Shown here: one piece after another, positions 47,687 to 56,433 of the stretch
Position numbering within the stretch: position 1 is the first letter of the stretch
Layout: the number at the start of each line of letters is the position of its first letter
Translations under genes and position numbers: made by a program
From: an uncultured delta proteobacterium
GTDB taxonomy: Bacteria > Desulfobacterota > Binatia > Binatales > Binataceae
Length of the DNA stretch: 64,000 nt
Assembly: GCA_963794325.1 (NCBI GenBank)
Contig: CAWCDG010000009.1
Span: 32,001-96,000, forward strand
Reading direction: 5' to 3'
The notes under the pieces: generated by a model
Told to the model about the DNA's origin: nothing
The model's database searches: none
What the model saw: the letters and a program-made list of their open reading frames with translations, nothing else

Positions 47687-48613
47687 ATGATCAGAATCAC
47701 CGTCGTTCCCCGTGAGCACAGTGCGACTCGAGTCATCGTCGAGGGGCGGATAGCCAAGGCCGCATCGCTCGAATTGGCCGGTGTATGTGACCAGCATCTT
47801 GCCGGCGGAGAAAACCTTGAGCTCGATCTGTCGGCTGTGACATTCGCGGACAGTGACGGCGTGACCCTGGTGCGTGATCTGGTTAAGAAGGGCTGCGTAC
47901 TAGAGGAATGCTCCGAGCTGGTACGTACTCTGGTCGGGGATCAATCGTCGCAATCGCCAAAGTCCAATGGTGCTGGCAACGAAAACGAACGGCAGATGCT
48001 CGCGCAACTACGCGCCGGCGACGACGGCGCCTTCGAGCTGGTCGTGCAGCGATACGGCGACCGCATGCTGGCGACCGCCCGCAGATTTCTTAAAAACGAG
48101 AGCGACGCGCAAGACGCTGTCCAGGAGGCGTTCGCCTCTGCATTTCGCGCGCTCAACAAATTCAATGGCGACGCGATGCTTTCTACCTGGCTTCATCGCA
48201 TTGTCGTGAACGCGGCGCTCGTGCAGTTGCGGTCCAAAAGACGTAGAGCCGAACGGACGATACAGGACTTGCTTCCGCGCTTCGACCAGGAGGGCGAGTG
48301 GATCGGCGATCCGGTCACTTGGACCGATGCCAGCGAGACCATTTTGGAACGTCGCGATTCACGCGAGATGGTGCGGCGATGCATCGAGCGACTTCCCGCG
48401 ATATACCGTTCGGTCGTTCTGCTGCGCGATATCGAGGAGCTGGATACAGACGAGACTGCACGATCCCTTGCGATCACCCCGAACACAGTCAAAGTGCGGC
48501 TCCATCGTGCTCGCCAAGCGCTCAAGACTCTCATTGAGCGAGAGCTTGGCCTCCAGTTCTCTAATTCGAACCAAATCGGCTCATGCGATCGTGAGCACCG
48601 CACTTCGCTCTAG
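47687..48613 (+). CDS. ECF sigma factor with N-terminal STAS (anti-anti-sigma-like) domain
   Basis: LDLSAVTFADSDG STAS motif; DAQDAVQEAF, STWLHRIVVN, TVKVRLHRAR. Confidence 0.88.
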   Translation: MIRITVVPREHSATRVIVEGRIAKAASLELAGVCDQHLAGGENLELDLSAVTFADSDGVTLVRDLVKKGCVLEECSELVRTLVGDQSSQSPKSNGAGNENERQMLAQLRAGDDGAFELVVQRYGDRMLATARRFLKNESDAQDAVQEAFASAFRALNKFNGDAMLSTWLHRIVVNAALVQLRSKRRRAERTIQDLLPRFDQEGEWIGDPVTWTDASETILERRDSREMVRRCIERLPAIYRSVVLLRDIEELDTDETARSLAITPNTVKVRLHRARQALKTLIERELGLQFSNSNQIGSCDREHRTSL

Positions 48614-48721
48614 GCAAAGGTTCTGTAGGCAAGCCGCGAGACCAATCTCTTATGCCTTGGCTCCTCGCAGTCGAACCCGGCCGGAGTGTTGCCAGCTCAC
48701 CGAAAATGAACGCGAACCCTT

Positions 48722-49528
48722 GTGGCAGGCAACTCGCAGATAAGTAAAGCTCCAGGTCGATTTGCCTTCATTGCGTCGGCAGTGTTCGCCTTTCCGGCGA
48801 TAGCGTTCGCGCAATTCGGTGGTCAGGGCCTTGGTAGCGCACTTAGCAACGATCCCTTGTCCCACCAAGGTCAGGTCCGCCCCGGCGTCGATGATACCGC
48901 TGGTCACGCCGCGCAGGAGAAGCCCTTCAATATCATCAAAGACGTAAAGCTGGGCCTCAAAGATGCTGATCCGAACGTGCGCGTGGGTGAGTTGACCAAA
49001 TTACGCGATCTGCAAGATCCAGAGGTGAACGCTATTCTCATGGAATCGATGGCCGACCCGGATTTGCGCGTGAAGCTTAAGGCGATCGACATCCTTGGTG
49101 CACGCGAGGCTGATGAGGCAGTAGCGCCGATGTCGTCGATGCTGTTTCAGCGATCGACGGAGCAAATCGCGAGACTTCATCTGATTGCGGAGCTGGGCCG
49201 AATCGGCGACGGGCGAGCTGCAACGGCTATTATGCAATTTCTAGCGGAGCCCGAAGACGAGCGCGGACGCGGCACTGCGGTATTCGCGCTGGGCGAGATT
49301 GGAAATGAGAAAGCGACGCCGCTCCTCAAAAGCGTTCTGATCGAAGACCAGAGTCCGACGGTACGACGGCTGGCGCGAGAAGCGCTGCGCAAGATCGACG
49401 GCGAGCTTCCTTTCGAGCACCAAAAGCAGCTGGCGTCGCGACAAGACCCGCATGCCCCGGTCCCGACCGATCAGAAGCTCGCAAAGCTGCGCGAGCTCGA
49501 CCAGAAGTTGCAGAACCAGGAGCGTTAA
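48722..49528 (+). CDS. secreted HEAT-repeat protein
   Basis: Signal peptide; DPNVR, DPDLRV, ALGEIG repeats. Confidence 0.75.
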   Translation: MAGNSQISKAPGRFAFIASAVFAFPAIAFAQFGGQGLGSALSNDPLSHQGQVRPGVDDTAGHAAQEKPFNIIKDVKLGLKDADPNVRVGELTKLRDLQDPEVNAILMESMADPDLRVKLKAIDILGAREADEAVAPMSSMLFQRSTEQIARLHLIAELGRIGDGRAATAIMQFLAEPEDERGRGTAVFALGEIGNEKATPLLKSVLIEDQSPTVRRLAREALRKIDGELPFEHQKQLASRQDPHAPVPTDQKLAKLRELDQKLQNQER

Positions 49529-49575
49529 ACCGGGGTGTTCTCGATTGCGGCATTCCTGAGCCTCTTGCCGCCTCT

Positions 49576-49989
49576 TTATCCTTCAAGCCGAGACCTAAGG
49601 GCTCTCCCGCTTGCTAGCTTCGCCGTAAGCACGGGAGACCGACGAATCATCCGCGGTGCTTCGCCCGCAAGCTCGCGGTCGCCCCAACGGAGTAGCTCCC
49701 TTCTGAGGAGGCTAGGATCGACGTCGAGGGCATCACAGATGTACTGGACGGAAAATGGCCCGCTTCCCTTGTCGCAGAACAGCCACCACTCGGCATCGGA
49801 AAATAGCCCGTGGCGAGGTCCTTGCTCCGATGCAGCCCCCATACGAAAGCACCGCACGGCGTCGCTGAGCACCGCTAACATAAGGCGTTTCTCTGGTTCA
49901 AGACACCTGGTTCGCGAGTCAAAGTGTTGCGATGGCAGGATGATGTCAGGCGCCAAGATCCCATCGACTGTCCAGTTCGCCGTGGACAT
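49576..49989 (-). CDS. hypothetical protein
   Basis: PDIILPSQHF, PEKRLMLAVLSDAV, FSVQYICDALDVDP. Confidence 0.65.
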   Translation of the reverse strand: MSTANWTVDGILAPDIILPSQHFDSRTRCLEPEKRLMLAVLSDAVRCFRMGAASEQGPRHGLFSDAEWWLFCDKGSGPFSVQYICDALDVDPSLLRRELLRWGDRELAGEAPRMIRRSPVLTAKLASGRALRSRLEG

Positions 49990-50221
49990 CTGGCGATCTT
50001 CTGTTTCCGTGGACTGTCGGAGACGTGACACGCGGGTGAGGCCTACAAGGTTGTGCGAGGACTTTCCGAACCGTGCCAATTGGATGCAATGAGAGGGCCT
50101 CGGGTTACACATAGGCGCGGAGGTCGACCCCGCATCCGATCGAAGGATCGAGCGGCGCAATCGCGGGTGCTCGCTCACGGCCTTCGCGAAACCAATGGTC
50201 CTCGCCGGCATCTTAGTAAAG

Positions 50222-51385
50222 ATGACCTCGGCTCTCGATTGCGATGTGCTTGTCGCCGGCGGTGGACCCGCTGGGCTTGCCGTTGCAATAGCAGCGCGAA
50301 TGAACGGTCTGAGTGCAATCGTAATCGAGCGCCGCCCCTCTCCACCTGACAAGGCTTGCGGCGAATGCCTTATGCCGCCGGCGGTGCTAGCGCTCGACCG
50401 AATGGGGGTGCTGGATTTGATCGATCCCGCCCATCGCCCGTCGATCGACGGCATTCGCCTTAAAGTGGGCCCGGCGTCGGCTGAGGCACATCTGCCCCCA
50501 CCCGGTGCAGTGGCCGTCCGAAGGACCACGCTGACTGGCGCAATGATGCGTCGAGCTCGCCGACTCGGCGCGGAAGTTCAAACGCGCATCAGCGTGCTCG
50601 GCTATCGTGTCCAGCAGGACACGGTGCTTGCGGAAACGGATGTGGGACTAGTGCGCGCCCGATTCCTTGCTGCCGCAGATGGTCTCCATTCGCGGCTGCG
50701 CGCGGTGGCCGGATTGCAGGCGACATCGAGCGGCCCGCGTCGATTCGGGATACGCCAACATTTTCGCGTTACGCCGTGGAGCCGCTTCGTCGAAGTGCAC
50801 CTGACCGATGGTGTTGAGGCCTATGTCACTCCCGTCGGTCCTGAACGAGTGGGTGTCGCGTTCCTGTGGGACGAAGCGAGCGTGGCGCGGCAATCGATTG
50901 ACAAACTTCTTGAACGATTTCCTTCTATTTCGATGCGTCTCGCAGGAGCGGTGGCGGATTCCCGTCCTCGGGGCGCGGGCCCAATGGCATGTTCAGCGCG
51001 CTCGCGAATCTCAGATCGATTTGCGCTCGTGGGAGATGCGGCAGGTTATATTGATGCAATCACTGGCGAAGGGTTGTCACTCGCGCTCGTCTCGGCGCTC
51101 ACTCTTGGCAGGATACTTCCCGCCGCGCTCGAATTAGGCGGGTCGCGTGAGACGCTGCTCGCGTACCAGCGCGAATCCGAGCGCCAGTATCGCCGCTACG
51201 CATTTGTGACGAAGACTATGCTCGCCTTTGCGCGCCGTCCTGCGCTTCACAGGCCAGTAATCGCAATGCTCGCGCGACACCCTCAAATGTTCTCCGCGAT
51301 ACTCTGCCTCGCTGTCGGCTCGCGGCCGGCAAGAGAACTGCCCGAGAACACCCCATCCCTGAGCCCTGCGGAATCGCAAGATTGA
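50222..51385 (+). CDS. FAD-dependent monooxygenase / geranylgeranyl reductase-like oxidoreductase
   Basis: GGGPAG, DKACGE, AADG, GDAAGYIDAITGEG. Confidence 0.85.
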   Translation: MTSALDCDVLVAGGGPAGLAVAIAARMNGLSAIVIERRPSPPDKACGECLMPPAVLALDRMGVLDLIDPAHRPSIDGIRLKVGPASAEAHLPPPGAVAVRRTTLTGAMMRRARRLGAEVQTRISVLGYRVQQDTVLAETDVGLVRARFLAAADGLHSRLRAVAGLQATSSGPRRFGIRQHFRVTPWSRFVEVHLTDGVEAYVTPVGPERVGVAFLWDEASVARQSIDKLLERFPSISMRLAGAVADSRPRGAGPMACSARSRISDRFALVGDAAGYIDAITGEGLSLALVSALTLGRILPAALELGGSRETLLAYQRESERQYRRYAFVTKTMLAFARRPALHRPVIAMLARHPQMFSAILCLAVGSRPARELPENTPSLSPAESQD

Positions 51386-51406
51386 ACCCTATCTAGGAGG
51401 AAGAAT

Positions 51407-51850
51407 ATGCGTTCATCGAAAATTCTAACATTGCTAGCTATCGGACTGGCGCTCGCAAGTTCCGGCTGCGGTGCGCTGGAGGCCGCAAGGTCAGAGCAGG
51501 TTGAAAAGCAAATAGCTTTCGAGCATCGCGTTGACACTGCTCATGTCTGGGTCACCACGGAGTCGCCTCCGGCCGGCCAGCCTTATTCCACGCTTGGCGA
51601 GTTAAGTTACACCGAACCGTTCTCGCCCGATGCGATCGACGAGGCCAGGATCAGCGACAAGCTGAAGAAAATAGCCCTCCAGAAATGGCCGGACATGATC
51701 GACGCGATCGTCAACGAGAATCAGACGGTTTCCGCCGACGGCTCGCAGATCACGGTCACGGGAAAGGCAATTCAATACGACTCGTCGGTGGACCGGGCTG
51801 CCTTGCATCACCTTAACGACGACCTCGTCGCGTCGCCGAACGGCAACTAG
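51407..51850 (+). CDS. hypothetical lipoprotein
   Basis: AGGAGG RBS; lipobox-like SSGC. Confidence 0.7.
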   Translation: MRSSKILTLLAIGLALASSGCGALEAARSEQVEKQIAFEHRVDTAHVWVTTESPPAGQPYSTLGELSYTEPFSPDAIDEARISDKLKKIALQKWPDMIDAIVNENQTVSADGSQITVTGKAIQYDSSVDRAALHHLNDDLVASPNGN

Positions 51851-52112
51851 TAGCCGACAGGGGCAAGCGGAAACCGTTCGCGACGCGCCCGACCGGCTAC
51901 AGAAACCGTCGCTTTGCAGACTGCCCCCGACTGGTTCTCAGTGTGGGAGTTCCGAAGAGACTGCAGAGAAGAGAGAAAAGCTCCAGAAACGACAGAGGTG
52001 AACATGCTTGATATTGTTGGCCCTTTTTCAATACTTACACGGAAACTTACACACTTTCACATTTGATGGAAATAAAGCCAATAAAACAGGGAACTTTTCG
52101 CTACAATCAAAC

Positions 52113-52168
52113 GACTTAAAATCCTCTGGAGCGAAAGCTCCGTGCGGGTTCGACCCCCGCCTCCGGCA
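52113..52168 (+). repeat. right att site: duplicated 3' part of tRNA-Leu
   Basis: GACTTAAAATCCTCTGGAGCGAAAGCTCCGTGCGGGTTCGACCCCCGCCTCCGGCA. Confidence 0.93.
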
Positions 52169-52239
52169 ACCACTATTTTGGCGTGGCCAGCTTTATCCGG
52201 TTAAACTGCCATCGACTATCGGTATTAGTTGAGTCGCGA

Positions 52240-52905
52240 TTAGATGCGCTCGGCCACCAGCACCTCGGAACTCAGGCTGAAGGAGGAAACCACCTCGCGG
52301 AACTCGACTCGCCAGTCCGGTGACGAGACGAAATCCAGCAATTCTAGCGGTCGGCATCCGCCAACCAGCGACGGCCGGGCATCGTGGATGCGGCTCCAAA
52401 CGCCGGAGACCGCCTTCTGAAATGCTGAAGTCCCATGGGTGAGACTGACCAGGCATAGCACCCCGCCGGGTTTGAGAAGGCGATGCGCTTCAGACAGCAG
52501 TTGTCCAGTAGATTCGCGGCTGAGTAGATCGAGCACGTAATTCGAAATGTAGCGATCGAAGCGACCGTCCGGCTCGCCGACGGTTACGTTTCCATCGGAG
52601 AGGCGCACTTCGGCTCGGTCGGAATAGCTGGAAAGGCGGGCTCGGGCGAGTGCTGCCATCGTCGAGCTGAGATCGACTCCCAAGTAGCGGCAATCCGCCG
52701 GCGTGATTTCGGACAATATCTGCTGCGCGAATCGGCCGGTACCGCATCCAAACTCTATGATGGAGTGAGCGGCCTGAAACTTAGCCGCTTGAAGCAGCCT
52801 CTGGAGCGGAGGATCTTCGTAAAACCGCTGCCAGTCCTGCCACGCCCCCATGCGATCGTAAAACGCTCGGGCCTGATCCACGGTCAGTACGCGTTCCGCT
52901 GTCAC
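52240..52905 (-). CDS. class I SAM-dependent methyltransferase
   Basis: EFGCGTG, GVDLS, RLLKPGG. Confidence 0.85.
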   Translation of the reverse strand: MTAERVLTVDQARAFYDRMGAWQDWQRFYEDPPLQRLLQAAKFQAAHSIIEFGCGTGRFAQQILSEITPADCRYLGVDLSSTMAALARARLSSYSDRAEVRLSDGNVTVGEPDGRFDRYISNYVLDLLSRESTGQLLSEAHRLLKPGGVLCLVSLTHGTSAFQKAVSGVWSRIHDARPSLVGGCRPLELLDFVSSPDWRVEFREVVSSFSLSSEVLVAERI

Positions 52906-52990
52906 GATCCGCAGAATACGTCACTTCTCGACAGAATGCTGCGGTCGGCGGGAGCCTATTTCGTGGAGACCCAGGTTCTTTCACTCATAG

Positions 52991-53056
52991 ATGAATCTAT
53001 TCATTTTTGTTGACCCACCACGCCAATCGGCGCTATAAAATAATGAATGGATTCAT
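52991..53056 (+). promoter_or_regulatory. sigma70-like promoter flanked by two palindromic TetR operators
   Basis: ATGAAT-CT-ATTCAT (52991-53004), TTGACC-N18-TATAAA, ATGAAT-GG-ATTCAT (53043-53056). Confidence 0.75.
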
Positions 53057-53721
53057 CTTTGGACGCACGGCCAGTCGGACTCCGCGACCGGCAGAAGCTG
53101 GAGCGCGAGCGCCGTATCGTTAGGGCGGCCGAGAAATTATTCGCCAGGAAGGGCTACGCTGAGGTTGCGATGGAAGATGTTGCGGCGCGCGCGGGCCTGG
53201 CGGTCGGCACGATCTACAACTATTTTCCGTCCAAATCTGCGCTCCTGCTCGCGATCGTCAGGAGTGAAACGGAATCGCTGCTTGCGCGAGGGCGGAAGAT
53301 CCTCGACGACCCGCCGCGCGACGCGGTGGCGGCCGCGTGCTCGTTCACCGAGATTTTTCTCGAGGACTTTACCCGTGACGACCGGCGGCTGTGGCGCGAA
53401 CTGTTCGGCGCTGCGATCGCAGAGCCGGCCACGGTGGGGCGGCGCCTGTTCGAAGGCGATGCGCAACTGGTAACGCAGCTTGCCTCGCTCCTCGAGCGAT
53501 ACCGGATCGACGGGATTCTCGCATCCGATATAGAACCCATGCCCGCGGCGACCGTCCTTTACGGCGTCTGCTTCACGTGGATGACCGCTTATTTGATGAA
53601 CGACTCGATCAGCGCCGAGATGGTGCGCAACGAGATTCGTCGCGGTACCGCGATCGCCATGAGCGGGTTGTTTCCGCGCGCCGACACAATCTCAATTACC
53701 AGGAGAGGACAGGCACCATGA
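53047..53721 (+). CDS. TetR family regulator
   Basis: VAARAGLAVGTIYNYFPSK. Confidence 0.92.
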   Translation: MDSSLDARPVGLRDRQKLERERRIVRAAEKLFARKGYAEVAMEDVAARAGLAVGTIYNYFPSKSALLLAIVRSETESLLARGRKILDDPPRDAVAAACSFTEIFLEDFTRDDRRLWRELFGAAIAEPATVGRRLFEGDAQLVTQLASLLERYRIDGILASDIEPMPAATVLYGVCFTWMTAYLMNDSISAEMVRNEIRRGTAIAMSGLFPRADTISITRRGQAP

Positions 53722-54083
53722 TCGAAATTATCGAAGGCTTTCCAGAAAATGTAGTGGGAATTCTGGCCAAGGGCGAAGTGACGAGAAAGGACTACCTCGA
53801 GGTGGTGATACCGGCAATAGACAAGGCGCTGAAGCGAAATGCCAAGCTGCGGCTTTACTACGAGCTGGGTTCCCAATTCAGCGGAATCGATTTCGGCGCC
53901 GAATGGGAAGATTTCAAACTCGGAGTTGAGCATCTTTCCCGTTGGGAACGGGCGGCCGTCGTCACCGACGTCGCCTGGATCAGGCATCTGGTCGGCGCTT
54001 TTCGCTTTCTGATGCCCGGAGAAATGCGAGTCTTCACTTCCGCCCAGACATCAGAAGCCCGGAAATGGATCGTCGCCGCGTAG
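53718..54083 (+). CDS. SpoIIAA-like (STAS/SEC14) protein
   Basis: GEVTRKDY, WEDFKLG, AVVTDVAW, EARKWI. Confidence 0.85.
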   Translation: MIEIIEGFPENVVGILAKGEVTRKDYLEVVIPAIDKALKRNAKLRLYYELGSQFSGIDFGAEWEDFKLGVEHLSRWERAAVVTDVAWIRHLVGAFRFLMPGEMRVFTSAQTSEARKWIVAA

Positions 54084-54117
54084 CCCGACGCCGCGATCCG
54101 ATCTCAAAGGAGTAGCC

Positions 54118-55128
54118 ATGGCTCCGGACGATTTTATTCCGAATCAGTGGTACCCGATCTTCGACAGCTCGAAGTTGAGACGGCGCAAACCCGTCGGCAT
54201 CACGCGCCTCGGCGAGCGACTGGTGTTGTGGCGCGACAGTAGCGGCGCCGTCGTATGCATGGCGGACCGTTGCCCTCATCGCGCCGCCCAGCTCAGCCTC
54301 GGATGGGTCCGAGACGACTGCCTGGTGTGTCCGTTTCACGGACTGCGGTTCGATTCGGCCGGCCGATGCGTGCTGATTCCCGCCAATGGCGAGGGCGAGC
54401 CGGTGCCGCGCGGTTTCGATTTGCCGTCACATCAGGTCCGCGAGGCGCACGGCCTCGTCTGGTATTGGTTCGGTGATTCTCAACCCGCCAGCGAAATCCC
54501 GTGGTTTCCCGAAGCGCCTGATCCAGGTCCGCGAACCAGCTTCGTGCAGCGCGATTACCCCGTTTCATACCTGCGCGTGATGGAGAACCTTGGCGACATG
54601 CATCATGTACCTTTCGTTCATCGAGCGACAATTCCCGGCGCAGGAACTCGCGTCGAGATGCAGGAAGCGCGGCTCGACGGCGCCATCATTCGAATGAAAG
54701 TCTCGCTGCATCAAGAACGACCCGGCTGGATGCGGCCGACGTACAACTTCACTTACGCAATTCGCTTACCCACGCTCGCGACGATTGAGGTCGCACGAGG
54801 GATACAGTTTGTCGCCAGCGCGACGCCGATCGATCACGACCATACGTGGCTGTGGGCGCGATACGGACAGGACTATATTCCAGGATGGCTGGGTGGCAGA
54901 GTCATCGCGCGGCTGGCGGCGAAGTTCGACCTCGAGCTGGTGTTCACGCATCAGGACATGCGGATGCTCGCGAGCCAGCAGCGCAATGAACCTGGGGATA
55001 TCTCGTCCTACCACCTGTTCGAGGCAGATCGCGCGATCGCGCTGTATTTTGGTCTGCGCAAACAGGCGATGGACGAAGCTCACTCGCGAGTCAGTTCGAT
55101 CAAACTTCGCGCCGCTGGCGCCGAGTGA
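54118..55128 (+). CDS. Rieske non-heme iron oxygenase
   Basis: CPHR...CPFHG; ENLGDMHHVPFVH. Confidence 0.9.
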   Translation: MAPDDFIPNQWYPIFDSSKLRRRKPVGITRLGERLVLWRDSSGAVVCMADRCPHRAAQLSLGWVRDDCLVCPFHGLRFDSAGRCVLIPANGEGEPVPRGFDLPSHQVREAHGLVWYWFGDSQPASEIPWFPEAPDPGPRTSFVQRDYPVSYLRVMENLGDMHHVPFVHRATIPGAGTRVEMQEARLDGAIIRMKVSLHQERPGWMRPTYNFTYAIRLPTLATIEVARGIQFVASATPIDHDHTWLWARYGQDYIPGWLGGRVIARLAAKFDLELVFTHQDMRMLASQQRNEPGDISSYHLFEADRAIALYFGLRKQAMDEAHSRVSSIKLRAAGAE

Positions 55129-55144
55129 AACGGCTGAATAGCAA

Positions 55145-56287
55145 ATGGGGAAGTTTGCGACACTGGTGTGGAGGAATCTACGCCGCAGTCCGCGGCGCAC
55201 CATCCTCACCATCATGGCGATTGCGCTGGCGGCGTTCACGTACTCGTCGCTGTCGAGCCTTCCAAATATTATGCGCGCAACGCTGAGCACCCCCGATTCC
55301 GCACGGCGCATCATCGTGACGAGCGACTCGGGATTTTTCAATCGTCTGCCCGATTCGTACAAGCCCAAAATTCTTGCGGCGCCGCACGTCGTCGCAGCTT
55401 CGGGATTGGTGTACTTCGGCGGAATCTATCGTAGTCCCAGCGACCAACTCGGAATCGCGGTCGATGCAGACCAGGCGGAACTGATGTGGCCCGATTGGGG
55501 CGTCACCCCGGAGCGGGCCGGCGAGTTCCGCGCCAGCGCCACGGCGTGCCTGGTGCCGGCGGCGATGATGCGAAAGTACGGCTGGCACGTCGGCGAGCAG
55601 ATCATCCTCAGAGGCACCATTGTGCCGGTGGACGTGACCCTGCGCATCGCCGACACTTTGGGCGCGAGCGCGCCGCCTGACTCACTGCTATTTCGCCGCG
55701 ACTACCTGGAACGGTCGCTGGGTGGGAGCCCGACCGTGAATGCGTATCACGTCATGCTCGATCGCGCCGATTCGGTGCCCTCTGCGATCGCGGCAATCGA
55801 CGAAATTTTCTCGAACTCGGCGGCCGAGACTCATAGCGAATCCGAGGCTGCGTGGTTTTCAAACTTCATCAACCTCGACACGCTCTTCGCGATGCTCCGG
55901 GCGATGGCGATCCTGGTAGTAGCCTCGGTCGCCCTGGTAGCGCTCAACAGCGTCGTGATCGCGGTGCGAGAGAGGCGCAGTGAAATTGCCGTCATGCGCG
56001 CGATAGGTTTCAGTCCCTCATTGATCATGTACCTGACGGTCGCGGAATCGGCGCTGCTGGGCTTGGTGGGAGGGGCGGTCGGGTGCGCGGCTACTTTTCT
56101 CATCGCGAAGAATTTGCCGCTCTCACTCCTGCCGCTGGGACCAATAGATCTGCTCGGGATCATTTCGCCGGGAGTGATCGTGCAGGCCTTTGTCTTATCG
56201 ATCGCTATAGGAGCGGCGGCTGGATTGATTCCGGCGCTTGGTTCGGTGCGCCAATCGGTGGTCGAGTCGATCCGCGCAATAGCCTAG
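55145..56287 (+). CDS. FtsX/MacB-type ABC permease
   Basis: RNLRRSPRRTILT, VRERRSEIAVMRAIGF. Confidence 0.85.
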   Translation: MGKFATLVWRNLRRSPRRTILTIMAIALAAFTYSSLSSLPNIMRATLSTPDSARRIIVTSDSGFFNRLPDSYKPKILAAPHVVAASGLVYFGGIYRSPSDQLGIAVDADQAELMWPDWGVTPERAGEFRASATACLVPAAMMRKYGWHVGEQIILRGTIVPVDVTLRIADTLGASAPPDSLLFRRDYLERSLGGSPTVNAYHVMLDRADSVPSAIAAIDEIFSNSAAETHSESEAAWFSNFINLDTLFAMLRAMAILVVASVALVALNSVVIAVRERRSEIAVMRAIGFSPSLIMYLTVAESALLGLVGGAVGCAATFLIAKNLPLSLLPLGPIDLLGIISPGVIVQAFVLSIAIGAAAGLIPALGSVRQSVVESIRAIA

Positions 56288-56433
56288 GCGATGAATTTTC
56301 GGCCGCGCGCGCGTACCGATCCGGCAGTTAGCGCCGGCCTTACGTTTCCCTCGGTGCGCGCTGCCAATAGCGGCCTCGAATCGCCGCGCGTCGTGTGAGG
56401 TTCTCGTGATAGAGCGGCTGTCCTCCGGCTAGA

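Larger units (their letters stand above)
30442..52168. mobile_element. genomic island integrated at tRNA-Leu(TAA); no integrase recognised inside
   Basis: 56-bp direct repeat 30386-30441 / 52113-52168 with one mismatch. Confidence 0.88.

Noticed and set aside
52113-52168. Second tRNA-Leu gene
   Set aside because: Lacks the 5' acceptor strand and D arm; it is the att duplication
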